Shown here: piece after piece, positions 13,108 through 25,600 of the stretch
Layout of the letters: each line of letters opens with the position of its first letter
Position numbering within the stretch: position 1 is the first letter of the stretch
From: Bugula neritina
Taxonomy: Eukaryota; Animalia; Bryozoa
Length of the DNA stretch: 64,000 bases
Assembly: GCA_964035545.1 (NCBI GenBank)
Contig: OZ037767.1
Span: forward strand, 31,078,628-31,142,627
Reading direction: 5' to 3'
Position numbers and translations under genes: made by a program
The notes under the pieces: generated by a model
Told to the model about the DNA's origin: nothing
The model's database searches: none
What the model saw: only the letters and a program-made list of their open reading frames with translations

Positions 13108-15967
13108 TTAGTACTGCTACTATTACTACTGCTGCTACTGCTACTACTGCCACTACCACTACCACTGCCACTAATACTGCTACTACTGCTACCACCACCA
13201 CTACTACTGTATATTACCACACAGGTGGGGTAAGAGAGCTGCATACAACAGAGCACAGATCATGTACTACTTGGCGGAGAACATTGAACTCCGCAGACAG
13301 GAGTTTGCTGACAGACTGAGTCTACAAACAGGAAGGACTGCTGAAAGCTGCCTTAATGAAGTCAGTCTCTCCATACAGAGACTGTTCTACTGGGCAGCGT
13401 ACGCCGACAAGTATGGTGGAAATGTGCAGGTGAGTCATCTCTCCTGCTGCTGCCGGTAGAATGGCTGCCGAGTTTTGTAATGAGGAAACAAATATTTTCA
13501 AAGTCTTCATCTGTATTCTAAATTTATTGATTTGAAAATTTTTGCAAGTATTCTGATATTGCAAATATTTTATTTGTGACAGCTTGTTTCTGTTAATATT
13601 TGTTATATTAGTATAAACCTTGAATATATATCCATTGGTGTATGAAATGCCAACATTTGTTTGTCCCCTGAGCATGGTGATTGTGAAAGTGTGTCTATCC
13701 CTAAACTCAAGAGATATAAGAGCCACATTTCTAGCCTTAGCTCTAGCTGCCCATTTCTTCTCACAGGAAACCACGCTGTATGGAGCCACTGTGAAGATCC
13801 ACGAGCCTGTCGGAGTTATCGGTATACTCTGCCCAGATGAATATCCTCTCTTGGGATTTGTCTCTCTTCTTGCCCCTGCTATTGTCAGAGCTAATTGTGT
13901 GGTGATTGTACCCAGTGAGATTCATCCTCTCTCGGCCCTCGATCTCTACCAGGTAACTCTTAGCTCGTCTAGACATGTACTTTCTGCTCCGTGTATCTGA
14001 TGCTCTCGTCATGTGTCGCTGTGCTCGTCTGTTGATTGCCTCCTCTTGGTATTTATCTTGTAATTTCTATCATATGCAATTTTTAGAAAGATTTGTTTAT
14101 TTTAAGGCATAGAAATATTTAAACTCAATGTTAAACTTGTTCTGTTTTGCTGATGATACTTTATCTAGTCTGAGTTCTCTGGCATCCGCTACTTTTAAAG
14201 GTTAAGAGCTTAAGCTATTTTAGTTGATATTTTCAGTAATAGCAGCTTGCAGCAGGTAAGTAAGTAAGTGTGCTTATAGACACTAAGTATGTATGTCTTC
14301 TTCTAGCTTCTGGAGTTTAAAGAGTTGTTATAATTAGAAGAAAGCCAAACCATTCATGGGGACATTTGACCTAGTTTTCATAGAATAATTCTATGATGTA
14401 ATCTTGTACAGGTGTTTGAGACTTCTGACATACCAGGGGGCGTGGTCAACATCCTCACAGGAAGTAAAGATCATCTAGCCAAGTACTTGGTTGAACATCA
14501 AGATATACAGGTTAGTTAGTTTACTTTACAGACTAGAATTCACTCTCAAGACTTGGGAGATGTGAACTAGTACTGGCTACTAATATGCTGATATTACGCT
14601 ATTGTCCATGCACTCCATTGGCACTCTTGTTTAGCTTCAGCTTCTCCTCGGGGATTCCGTTTCCTGCTCTATTCATATGTTCAGAGTATATCTCGTGAAT
14701 ATCTAACTAAATTTCTCAATCAATACAACTATTTTAGTAAAAAAGCCACTGCCCATATTAAATGTCACCAGACAGGCCAACGAAAGGGTCACTTCCTGTA
14801 CTCGATGTAGCCCTTGTACCCTCAAGGTCATTCGGTACCCTCAGGGTCATTCAGTATAGGGGGGGTCCTGTTTGTTTGTTTAGTATCAGAGGAGGAATAT
14901 TTGTCACTTCCTTGCTGGAATCAACTTGTTAACCTAAAATGGTGAAGCTGCTAAAATATTGCTAGAAACTCTAGAACTCTGCCGTGCAGGTTAGTTAGAG
15001 TAGCTGTAAATCCACCTTGTTTTAGCTAAACCCTTAGCTGTACTTTTCCCTAACCAGCGAAAAAAATGATCTAGATTCTAGACAATTATTTATATTCTTT
15101 GAGTGATTCCTTTCAATTCCCCCAATAGAATGTGTGCCATGGTTATTGATTAGTAGAGAAATATTAAATAATTCAACAGCAAACTGTGAAACTTGGTCCC
15201 AGGATGCAGCGGTGGATGTATAAAATTCTTCCTACAGTTTCATCTATTTATTGTCAAGCTGAGATACAATACGGTTACCCATAATTCATGATGTGGTTCA
15301 AATCTTCTGTCAACTGTTTATTGTAAATCATGAAGTATCCTGGTGGCATAACTAGCCCACGTGTTTCAATTGAAAAATATTTAATAAGAGTTTTTCAAAA
15401 AGTTGAATTTTTTTTTGTATTATGCTAAAATGATTCTGCAAGTCAAACTGTGATGTGTGGTAATATTGTGAATTTTAGATAATAATTGTATTTGCCGTAG
15501 TAAAGTAATAGTAGAACTTGTAGTTTCATATTATTACGTTAGTCTTGGACTTATATGTTTTCAACTAGAAATTCCAAGGCAGGTGCTCTGGTCACCAACT
15601 GTATGTGGCAGGTGCTCTGGTCACCAACTGTATGTGACAGGTGCTCTGGTCACCAACTGTATGTGGCAGGTGCTCTGGTCACCAACTGTATGTGACAGGT
15701 GCTCTGGTCACCAACTGTATGTGACAGGTGCTCTGGTCACAAGATCTTCACTCTTTGCTCTTGTAGTCCGTGTGGTACTTTGGCTCAGAGGCTGGCTCCA
15801 AGTATGTTGAGTACGTGTCAGCAGAGAACGTGAAGAGAACGTGGGTCAACTATGGTCTCTCTAGAAAGTGGGAGGATCCAGAACAGGGGGAGGGGGAGGA
15901 GTTCCTATACCAGGTTACTCAGGTGAAGAATATCTGGATTCCAATGGGAGACATCTTCGCCAATTGA
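7182..15967 (+). CDS. ALDH16A1: Aldehyde dehydrogenase family 16 protein (ALDH domain plus truncated second Rossmann-like domain), 16 exons, about 840 aa
   Basis: Exons 7182-7319, 8167-8269, 8482-8608, 8709-8887, 9468-9730, 10017-10169, 10570-10767, 10970-11068, 11379-11537, 11881-11964, 12075-12235, 12724-12891, 13225-13429, 13767-13952, 14412-14510, 15767-15967 sum to 2523 nt in frame. Motifs: [60 protein letters not shown] second partial domain follows ([32 protein letters not shown]). Confidence 0.95.
10447..10575 (+). repeat. 24-bp minisatellite copying the ALDH16 exon 7 acceptor junction
   Basis: About 5 copies of ATGTCCACAGGTGT(G/C)TATTCTCTC ending at the true CAG|GTGTGT. Confidence 0.9.
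12903..13208. repeat. (CTA)n/(CCA)n microsatellite filling ALDH16 intron 12
   Basis: Directly visible; it generates the spurious poly-T, poly-V and poly-S ORFs. Confidence 0.95.
15580..15740 (+). repeat. 29-bp minisatellite before the last ALDH16 acceptor
   Basis: About 5.5 copies of CAGGTGCTCTGGTCACCAACTGTATGTG(G/A). Confidence 0.92.
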
Positions 15968-18900
15968 TTATAATACTGTTGGCCATTTTCCTTGCAAATC
16001 ATGTTTTGTTCTATATTGAAATCGTTGGTTTTAATACTAGGTAATTTTTTTCCTTGGTGCTGGTATTTTTCAACTTAATTTGCTTTTTAAGATAATTCTG
16101 TGTGGAAACAATTTTACCTACAGCTTTCAGGTTTTCAGTTGATTTTGCCACTGATTGGATTTGGCAACGTTAAAATGTTCCACAGTATTATTTTTTTAAA
16201 TTTATTTCTGCAATCATTTCCACAACCTCTTCCCATAATCCTATACTTCCTACATTAAATTTCATTTTAAAATTTTATATTTTATGCATACAAGATTTTT
16301 TTGTAAGTTTGATTAACATGCAATGCAAAAAGCATAATAATTCTGGTCATAATCTTTCTAATTTTGGTCTAGAAATAAATTTAGCTGAAGAAAATATCGT
16401 TGCTGTTGATTTGCTTTAAATAACAATATAACTGTTTAGGATTTGTTTGTACTTCTAGAGTAATACTCACAGCTGAAAAGGCTTTAGCCTACAAATCTAC
16501 CTTCTATGTTGGTCACTGGTCTAATTGCACACATTACACGCCACATTAAACGCCCATCAAGAAAACACCCACCTATAAACTACAATATATTTTAGGAAAT
16601 TTGATGCTACTTGAGTTGGTGCCAGGGCAGAAAAAACTCCAGTTTGCCAAATTAGCTTATTATATGGTCTGAAACATTTGCCTGCATTAGCTAAGTTCAT
16701 AAAGTGCATACGAAAGCAAGCAATACCTGCTGCATCTATCTGCGGGGCTAAACATTAGCTATGGCTGGGGCACATTTGGCTGTGAGCCTATCCACTTCTA
16801 TACAAGTCAGCTGTGCCATCTCTATGGTATATATAGAATTTAATTTCATAGATATCTAGTTATTAGTTATTAAGGTGTAGGTGTAGCACTCGACTAGTTC
16901 TGCAATTGTCCGTGTGACACCCACCCACACAGTAAATTGGTTCTTCATTCACATGATTTATAGAATTTCACACCAAATCCATTCAGTTACACAACCTCAG
17001 GTCTCTGGAGTGTTGGTTTCGACAGATATCTGCTGCTAGTAAAGTCTCTCATGTGAATTAGAATAATTGTTAGTGGGTGTGCAAACTACCTCGTACTACT
17101 TACAATCTGGTGATTCCAATTATCTCTAATGTGTGCTCATAGGCACATGGTGTGAAGTGAATGTTGCAGCGTTGAGCAGTTTTATTTTTTGAATTTTAAT
17201 TTTTTAATATTTAAATGCTTTAAAAAGAGACTTGAGTTTGCTTCTAATACAGTGCGATAATAATAATTAAACATTTATATACGTAATCATTTAATTAGAT
17301 CCAGATTACTGTTAGGTGGATATACTAAAAGTTATATTTTAAAATATTCCAACATTTTATTGGATCCCTGTTATGGTGTTTTAGTGGTTCAAAGCATTCT
17401 TAAAAGCATTATTTTGTGGTTTAAGTGTAAATAAGTTATAGCCTATTTACTAATATACCTTGGTAGCTAGTAGGTACTTTTTATCTGCTATTTCTTGTAT
17501 AAGAAATTGAAGGCATCAAGTCATTGGCAGTCACTACCTTATGCTCTCTAAGGGTTTGGAAAAACCTCTCCTTTTATACTTCCTCTCGAGTTTAGAAACT
17601 TATACGAGGGTTATATAAACAAGGCAATTACTCACTGATACTATTACAACTTGCCAAATTAATTAATTTAATATTATTGTAGTGAACTAGGCTTTGAGTT
17701 GAGCATTAACTCTTCACTGATGTTCTTTATTATGTTTTATTACACTTCTATTGACATCCTATTGACATCGGCAAGATTATTTTGCTCTCTTAACATTACA
17801 CTAGTTCACTAGCACCAACTATTGCCAAGTGCCAGAGTTAGCACTGGCTGTGCTGTAGAAAGCTTTTCTTAGTGTAGCTAAAATAGCTTAGCAAACTAGC
17901 GCTAATTTCACTACAATTACAAACAACAATAAACCATAAATTTAGAGATGCTACTACACCGACAGCAGCTGCTAAAGTCATCAGAAAGGTTACATCTTTA
18001 TTGTATCATATTGTGTTTGATGAAGTACCAAGTAGCCAGATAGTTCTGCTGTTTGTGGTTTGCCAGAAGGTATTAGCTTACAGCTATCCTATTGTTAATT
18101 ACATGATTGTCCAGAGTGGGTGCAAGTTTTACTGTGCATTATCTGACTCTAGGCTGATATGCCAATTAAAAGTTTACAGGGTACCTCTAAGTACAATAGT
18201 TTAATAGTTTATTAGGATTTGGAAACAGGACGTCTTTATCCTTTTGTCATAGAATCTGCATTACGTTATCTCTTTAATTGTGTGATTGGAAACATTTGTC
18301 AACTAGCGTAGTTTAGAGATATCATGTATTTTATGTAATCAATTGTGTGTAAGATATCCACTTATACAGCTTTAGATTTCTTATATTACCTGTTGAACTT
18401 GGATTTTCAGGACCTGGCAATATTTTTCTGCAACTTCATGATTCCATTTAATATAGTTTTATCAGTAAAATTTATGCTGTAATATAAAAGAACACATTAG
18501 CAGTTTAAAAAAAGGCCTGTTAAAAGCTGAGCCAAGTATAAATATTATGTTGAGGCTGGGTCTACTTGCTATGACCTTAGTTTTGGAGCATACTCTCCGT
18601 GGTCTGGTGGTAGTTTTGAGTACACGTATCCTTAAAAAGAAGAATGGCAGAATTTTTTAATGTATAGAGCTGAAAATGTTTGAGCTATTATATAAGCTAT
18701 AAGCTGAATTATGCCAGTAAAAATAAAGCGTTTTTCTCAACATTCTACACATTTTACTTTGTTCATTTGTGATGGCATTGTAGATTTATTAACAAGCTCG
18801 AGCAGGCGTGTATTAAGAATATTATATAATATACCAGATTGGGCACACTTGCAGCTTCTTTCTGTTTTTTGGTCTATAAGTTTAATTTTATGCACTTGAT

Positions 18901-19858
18901 AGATGTAATGTGATGACAAGGTATGAAAGGTGCCACACCCTTCTCAACTTGATCATCATAGAGAGAATTGGAAAGGTAGGTGTTATAGTGGGAAGGCCTG
19001 AGTTGTTCCACAAAGGTTACAGGAAGAGGCAGGTAGTGGAGTGTTCCTTCCTTCAATTATGTAATATGATGTCACAGGTATCAGCGTAGGTATTACGCAT
19101 GGCTTTAATTATTCACCTCTACTGCGGTGCCTTTCATTAGTCATAATTCAGAGTTGTATATTTCTTGGTGGTTGTAAGAGGTCATGGGTTCACTTTTAAA
19201 AACAAATAAGAATGACTTCAACATTATGAAAAAAATGAGTCATTTAATGTCTTAGTTTCTTTAGCAGAGAAAGTGCAAGCTTTGTAACCAGCTGTTGATT
19301 CATATATCTTCAAATACGTTGGCAGTAAAGTGCCTCGACTGGCTATTGCTGACCGTATAGTATAAAGCATCCCAGCTGTTAGAGGTTCTCTGAGATTTAT
19401 TGCATTATATATACAATAACAAATTATAACAGTGCTAATGTTTTATATGTACGATGATTTTTGAAAGCTAATAAATTGCAAAAATAATTTTTGTACATAA
19501 ATGACCACGGTTATATTATTGGACATGCTGCCCATTAGAATAACATACTGCAGCCTATGCTCCATAAACTATTTACCAGGAATGTACATCACACCAAGAG
19601 TATAGGGCTATTTCATATAATACTGATTATATCATGACTAGTTGGTAGGAATGTATAAAACATCAACACTACCTGTAATTACCAACATAAAATAAATAAT
19701 ATAAAATGTTTATCAAAATACTAAAACAATATTTACAATCAATAAATTAGTCATTACTGGTTACATCATCTCATAAACAAATAATATAAATTCAGAGATT
19801 TGGAGAGATTCCATTTTTTGCATCTTGTAGTTCTGAAATATTAGATTAGCCTTGACCT

Positions 19859-21541
19859 TCAGCTTGATACTCTGTCTAACCTGAAATGAGGTAAAACTTG
19901 AGTAGATATCATCAAATATCAGCCATCTCCTATTTAAGCATCATTTGTACAGATAGTTTACACGGCGTATAAATGGGGCGAGATAATCCAACAGGGTAGG
20001 TAAATTGTTTTTCAAATACTACATAATCTGTACAGCTCTCTTTGCATGAATAAAATATTATAGTATTTGTATCTGTAACTCAGTCTGTAATATTTTAATA
20101 CTTGTTCAATTGTGAGAACAGGAACATCATAAAAGCTTTCAAGAAGCCATGACTAACCAGAAACCAGATTGGTGTTTTCACTTACTTTGCCAACAACCTT
20201 AGCAATCTGCTAGTTTCTAGTCGGGTCGGCCACTGTCTTTGTGCCTCATTCTCGTAAGCTGCTAGAACTGGACTATCGGAAAGAAGTTGATCTGGTGCTT
20301 GCTGAGGCATACTGTCTGCTCTAGAATAGTCTGCTTGCTGCATGGGCACGAAGTCTGCTTGCTGAATCTGAGAAGGTGCAGAGTTCCTCTTAGAGTTACT
20401 CAACAGATCAGCCAGTCTGCTGTTAAACTGTACATTTTCTAGACGAGTTTGAAGAGCCTGTTCCAGGTTCGATCCTCTCAGTGGTGCATTTGCACTTCCA
20501 ACAAGTAGCATCGTATCTAAACATATACAGAGCCAATCACTGCAGTTTCAGACAGGAATTTATTCATGCCACATTTATGAGGGTGAAAAGAAACCCAATA
20601 TTTTTTAATATTTTGTTTCAAGTGAGTAGCTAGCACAAAACAATTACCAGTCTCACAATTACTACAAGCATCCATAAGTGAACTAATAATATACTGCTTT
20701 TTGGTAATCAGTAATTATTCAAATTGTTTATTTGTCTTCTGGCCGCAAACCACAATCCCCTCAAAAGGCATTAGAATAAATATGGAGCAAAGCTCAGGGG
20801 ATTGCTGCTGTAATACACCATGTAAACAATTTAAATAACAGTGAATATCCTAAACACTGTAGCCTAAGGGGAAGTCGTACAAGTGGAGTTACTTACTTGA
20901 TCTACAAACGTGAGGATTTGAAACTCCAGTGCAATTATCTAAAATATAATAAAATTTTAAATAGAAATGATTATTACAGATGACATAAAAATGTTGTAAT
21001 CCAACAGCAAACATTTACTTCTAGCGTACAATGCCACACACACCTTCCCATGCGATTTAACCACATATTAACTCTATTTGTCTTATTATTTTGCTAAAGG
21101 TATTTTAGCACTAAACGAGCTTCAAATCAAGTAACTTTGTTAAAACTAAGCTAACTCTGTAGCTCGGTTCCCCAGGGTGATTTAGGGGTACCTATGGTCA
21201 CCCAGACCTACTGGGTCTAATCAATATTTTGAATGAGTTGTTTTAACGCATTGAGACATTAGAATCTTTGCTATTTTTTATCAAGCACTAATTTTTTGAA
21301 AAAAAATAGTGAAATATTAGTATTATAGTAGCATAATAGAATATTATACTATATGACACATTAGATACTATAAGAAATATTTATATTCTGTCAAAGAATT
21401 TGAATACAGCATTGTTAAAAACGCACTTACACGACTACAAATGCTACAATACTTACAGCCACTACAGGCTCCGTCTTGAGAGAAAAGAACTACCAGTACC
21501 ACAGACAGTATTGCGTGAGAAAGAGATTTCGTGTTTGCCAT
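19859..21541 (-). CDS. Secreted neuropeptide-like precursor, 4 exons, about 159 aa
   Basis: Exons 21541-21457, 20938-20897, 20516-20186, 19880-19859, all with GTAAGT donors and consistent phases. Signal peptide MANTKSLSHAILSVVLVVLFSQDGACSG, then YNCTGVSNPHVCRS (C-x8-C), a KR dibasic site and a Q/D-rich spacer. Confidence 0.75.
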
Positions 21542-21628
21542 TGTATTTAATTTGTCCAAAACAGCTCGTAGTGCAATCAAGTGTCGTCTGCTGTGGTTAA
21601 CTTTCCTGTGTGAATGCTTGGCAGGCAC

Positions 21629-21676
21629 CACGTGCTTTTATACCCTCACACTGAGTACTATGGAATGTAACACGTG
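21629..21676 (-). promoter_or_regulatory. TATA box flanked by two CACGTG E-boxes, upstream of the peptide precursor gene
   Basis: TATAAAAG on the minus strand at 21642-21635, about 95 bp upstream of the ATG; CACGTG at 21629-21634 and 21671-21676. Confidence 0.6.
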
Positions 21677-22519
21677 CCGTTAGCTATGCTAACTGTCAAC
21701 TATGCTGGCAGTGGTGGATTATAACCCCTTAATTTTAATGTTTTATATGCATAATTCTTGAATTAACGTGTTTCAATTAAACATAAAAAAATCTTTTTTG
21801 AGCAATATTTTTATTGCAAAAATTTTTGCAAAATTTTCAAAAAGGTTAGAAAATATCAATATGAAATTCAGCATATTGCCCTTGCTGTAATATTTATATC
21901 CGCCATGTTTGTGGTAGCAATGTAGTAGCACTTGACAAACAGGGTCATCAATAATGCGTTCTGCGAGACCAACTGTATTGAAATCCCAATGCACTACAAA
22001 TCATATACGTGTGTTGTATCACTTCTTTTGTTATACTAACAACATGCCTAATCAGTGCTATAGATTATTTACTAATTTGTGTAACTTATTCATATGTACC
22101 CAAGTATGGCTATATTAAAACATACTTGTACACTGTTGTACCTAGTACTATGAATTATGAGATATTTTGTATGATATATGAGATAGAAAAATTGTCATTC
22201 ATATTATTACTAGGTCTTAATTATTCTTCACGATAACTTTGCAAGCTGGCACCATAATAGACATAATATTGTAGGCCTACTGAATGCTGTTAAAAGTGGA
22301 ATTTCCAAATATTAAATTAACTTTTTATCCGATTTTAGGCAATGATACTTTTGTAGCTTGTTGCTGTAAGAACTTAGTCTACGTAATAATATTTTAGGCT
22401 ATGTTTAGCTGATGTATTTTATATAAACAAACAGTTGCTCCTGTGTTGTTTATGTTGCCATATGGCAGATTAATTATACTTATAACTTTCTAATGCTTAT
22501 ATACAGGGATATACACATG

Positions 22520-22672
<153 letters not shown>

Positions 22673-25600
22673 GTAATAATTATACAGAATGCTTGGAGTT
22701 ATCTATATTATTGTATATCTTATGAACAATGAAATAAAAATCTTATTGATATTATAATTTTGTTGCCTTACAACCAACAGCAGCAAACAATATCACAGAA
22801 AAGCTAAGAAGTAAAATTGGAATATATAAAAGGACTAGGGTAAACAGGTACAGCTATACACAAGTCTGCATGGCCGGGAGACACAATTGAAACAATAAAA
22901 CAGTTTGAGGGGTAGGCTGACGTCACCCATAACTATAAAAGTAGTTGTTGACCTTTTACTATGCTGGCAGTTGTTTGTGTAAGCTATTGTGTAATCTCAC
23001 ATCTGTCTGAGTTGCGAAACAAAATTCAGCAAAATTAATTTGCAAAGCAATAAAACAGATATATTAGTTTGTTATGCAAGGTTATAGCCCTGGCCATGCT
23101 ATAACCCTATTGACTAGCTTATTGACTATATGATGGAAGTAATTTTACCTGCAATTTGTATTCCAATACGTTTACCAATATTGTCAACAATTTAAAGCTA
23201 TAAAAATCTTCAGTTTTCGATTGTGGGTTTTGAGCTAGAATGAGTACTCTGTCTAGCCTATATCAGAGTGGTAATTATATAAAGTGAAATTGATCTGCAT
23301 ATTGAATATTGAATATTGATTGGAAATTAGAATTATATTTCAGTTCATCAGCAAATATTTAGTGAAGCTGTTGGGTCAGTGTTTAAACTTCTGTCGAATC
23401 TCTTCTCTCTGAGTTTCTAATTATTAGTCTTTTTAAAAAGAGAAATTACGATTATAATAATGATTGAGTGTGTCTCAGATGAATTCATCCACAATGTAAA
23501 CATATGAGTTGTCTAAAATACTCATAATAGGTCAGTGAGATTGCATCTACTTTTAAACTTTTAAATTTATGTTCCTGAACTTTTAATCATTCTCAATTCA
23601 AATTTTAATTGTTTTTCTTCGTTAGAATGATCCATTATTAATCAGTTCAGAGTTTCTTTTAATGGCTGTTGATAACTTTTTAGGGAGGAGCAATTTTAGT
23701 ATATTATTACATCCTGTTTGTTGCGTGTTCACGTAGTTGTACAGCTAGCGTGTTCATAACATGTCTTGAAGATGTGAATAATAGATTAATAACCAACCTT
23801 AAAAAGTAAACGTTTAGAAAGATGACTTGAGTTTATTGATAGTTAATATCTATATTAGCCCAAGGTTTGGCTGGTACAGAGTTATCTTTGTAAAAATTAG
23901 TCAGCCTTTTGTCTTGTAATAAAAAATAAGTCCTGTGATATTGTTTGTAATTGCGAAATATAATGTTGACAGTTTTTACATCTGAATATGTCTTATGTTA
24001 GGTGAAGAACAATCTGGAGCAATTCATTGAGTGACATTGCGTAACTGGAACTGTGATGTACATTGAGTATGTATGACAATGTATTCATTATTCACTTGTT
24101 ATTGTAAATTACTAGAAATTTATTCCCTCGGCTATATACAAACATAACAAACTTCAAAGAAAATTTTAATTTATTTTCAACAACTCATTCAAAATCTCAT
24201 TTGGTAAATAATTGACAAGTCAGCACCATAATTACTTTAACATAAAATTTGACCTAAAAATGCTTTTATTACCATCAAAATAAATATTATAAAATAAAAA
24301 TACTATTATTAATCATTATTTAAAAAATTTCACTTATTGTGCATTTTGTGAACTGGACTGATTTATTTCTAATGGCCTTTACATAGCGGTAAAAACATGC
24401 TAGCATTATCCCATCTGCCAGTAATTTGTGCCATCAAATATTTCAAATATTTACCAGCTCTGTAAACAATTATAATGCACGTTGAAACTATAATGTGCAA
24501 CTTTTTGTAAACACACAGTGTTGTTGCATTTAGGCTGCATGTATGTGCATTTGATTTATCCACACATGCTAGCTGCACTCAGCGTGCTTTAAGGTGAACT
24601 AGCTGGTCGTATGTCAAAAGCTGGTATATTTTATGATCTAATTTTGTAGGAATGCAAAATCTTTTTTTGTTTGTAAAAAAACAACATATTTGAATTGAAA
24701 ACAAAATTTATTATTGCGTTTATGCCATATGAATGTTTAGTTTCTACAAAGTCTAACAGGTAAACCCGTTTACTTGTGGTGGCTTCAGATTTTTCTTTGG
24801 GAAGACACACAACATATTATATTTGTTTAAATAAATTTTTTATATAAACAGTATGTATAACTTGATCTGTGACATTATATTACTATTATATTATTATATT
24901 ATTTTAAGATTGTAAAAGAGTTTATTTGTTGTTAATTTGCTGACTTGGTAATATGGTTTCTATTTCTTCAGTAACACAACTTCCCAACTTTACTTTGTCT
25001 TTTTATTGTTGAAGCTGAAACACTTGCTGACATGACGCTTTTTTGTTGACTTCAACTAAGTTTCCATAGAAACAGAATCTTTATGGTATAGGGTAATCAG
25101 AAGTAAGCCAATATAGCTCAATTATCTTTCCTCTGACTTTCAGTTTACACATTTTTAGCATAAATCAGTGTTAATGCATGTGTAAAACCTTTTTCAGTTC
25201 AATTTCATCAAATAAACTTCAGGGAAAACAATTTAAAGTCACTTTTCAAACATATTTCAACATGTTACACTTTGTGTTAGTACAGATTATGAGGACGGTT
25301 CTGGTAAACCAACCTCACGTTGCATCAAGACTAGCTGCCTGACTCATGGAAGCTGTGGGCTGACCTTCAAAGCATGACTCAGTTTGTTTACAACCAGCTG
25401 TTGACAATTACTCACCGCTATTTGTGATGTCTGTTAAACTCCTCCCATTTTCTTGAGACTGTTTTTTGCTGCTAATGGTTTACTTTCAGTCAGTCATTTG
25501 ACCTTTTAGAAAAGAGCTGACCTCTATATACATAGAATTGAGGTAAGTCTTTAGTTTTATAGCTTTTGATTTTACTGATCCTTCTTTTGTGCCAAGAGTA

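Noticed and set aside
12716-13319. Poly-Thr, poly-Val and poly-Ser ORFs (mucin-like)
   Set aside because: They are translations of the intronic (CTA)n tract; the flanking ALDH16 exons splice across it in frame.
20422-20516. Cys-rich alternative frame YDATCWKCKC in peptide exon 3
   Set aside because: It needs phase-2 entry, which neither exon-1 donor provides.
1476-21541. GPCR and peptide precursor as a linked receptor-ligand pair
   Set aside because: They are separated by unrelated genes, and the GPCR shows no recognisable similarity to CCHa/EP/elevenin receptors.
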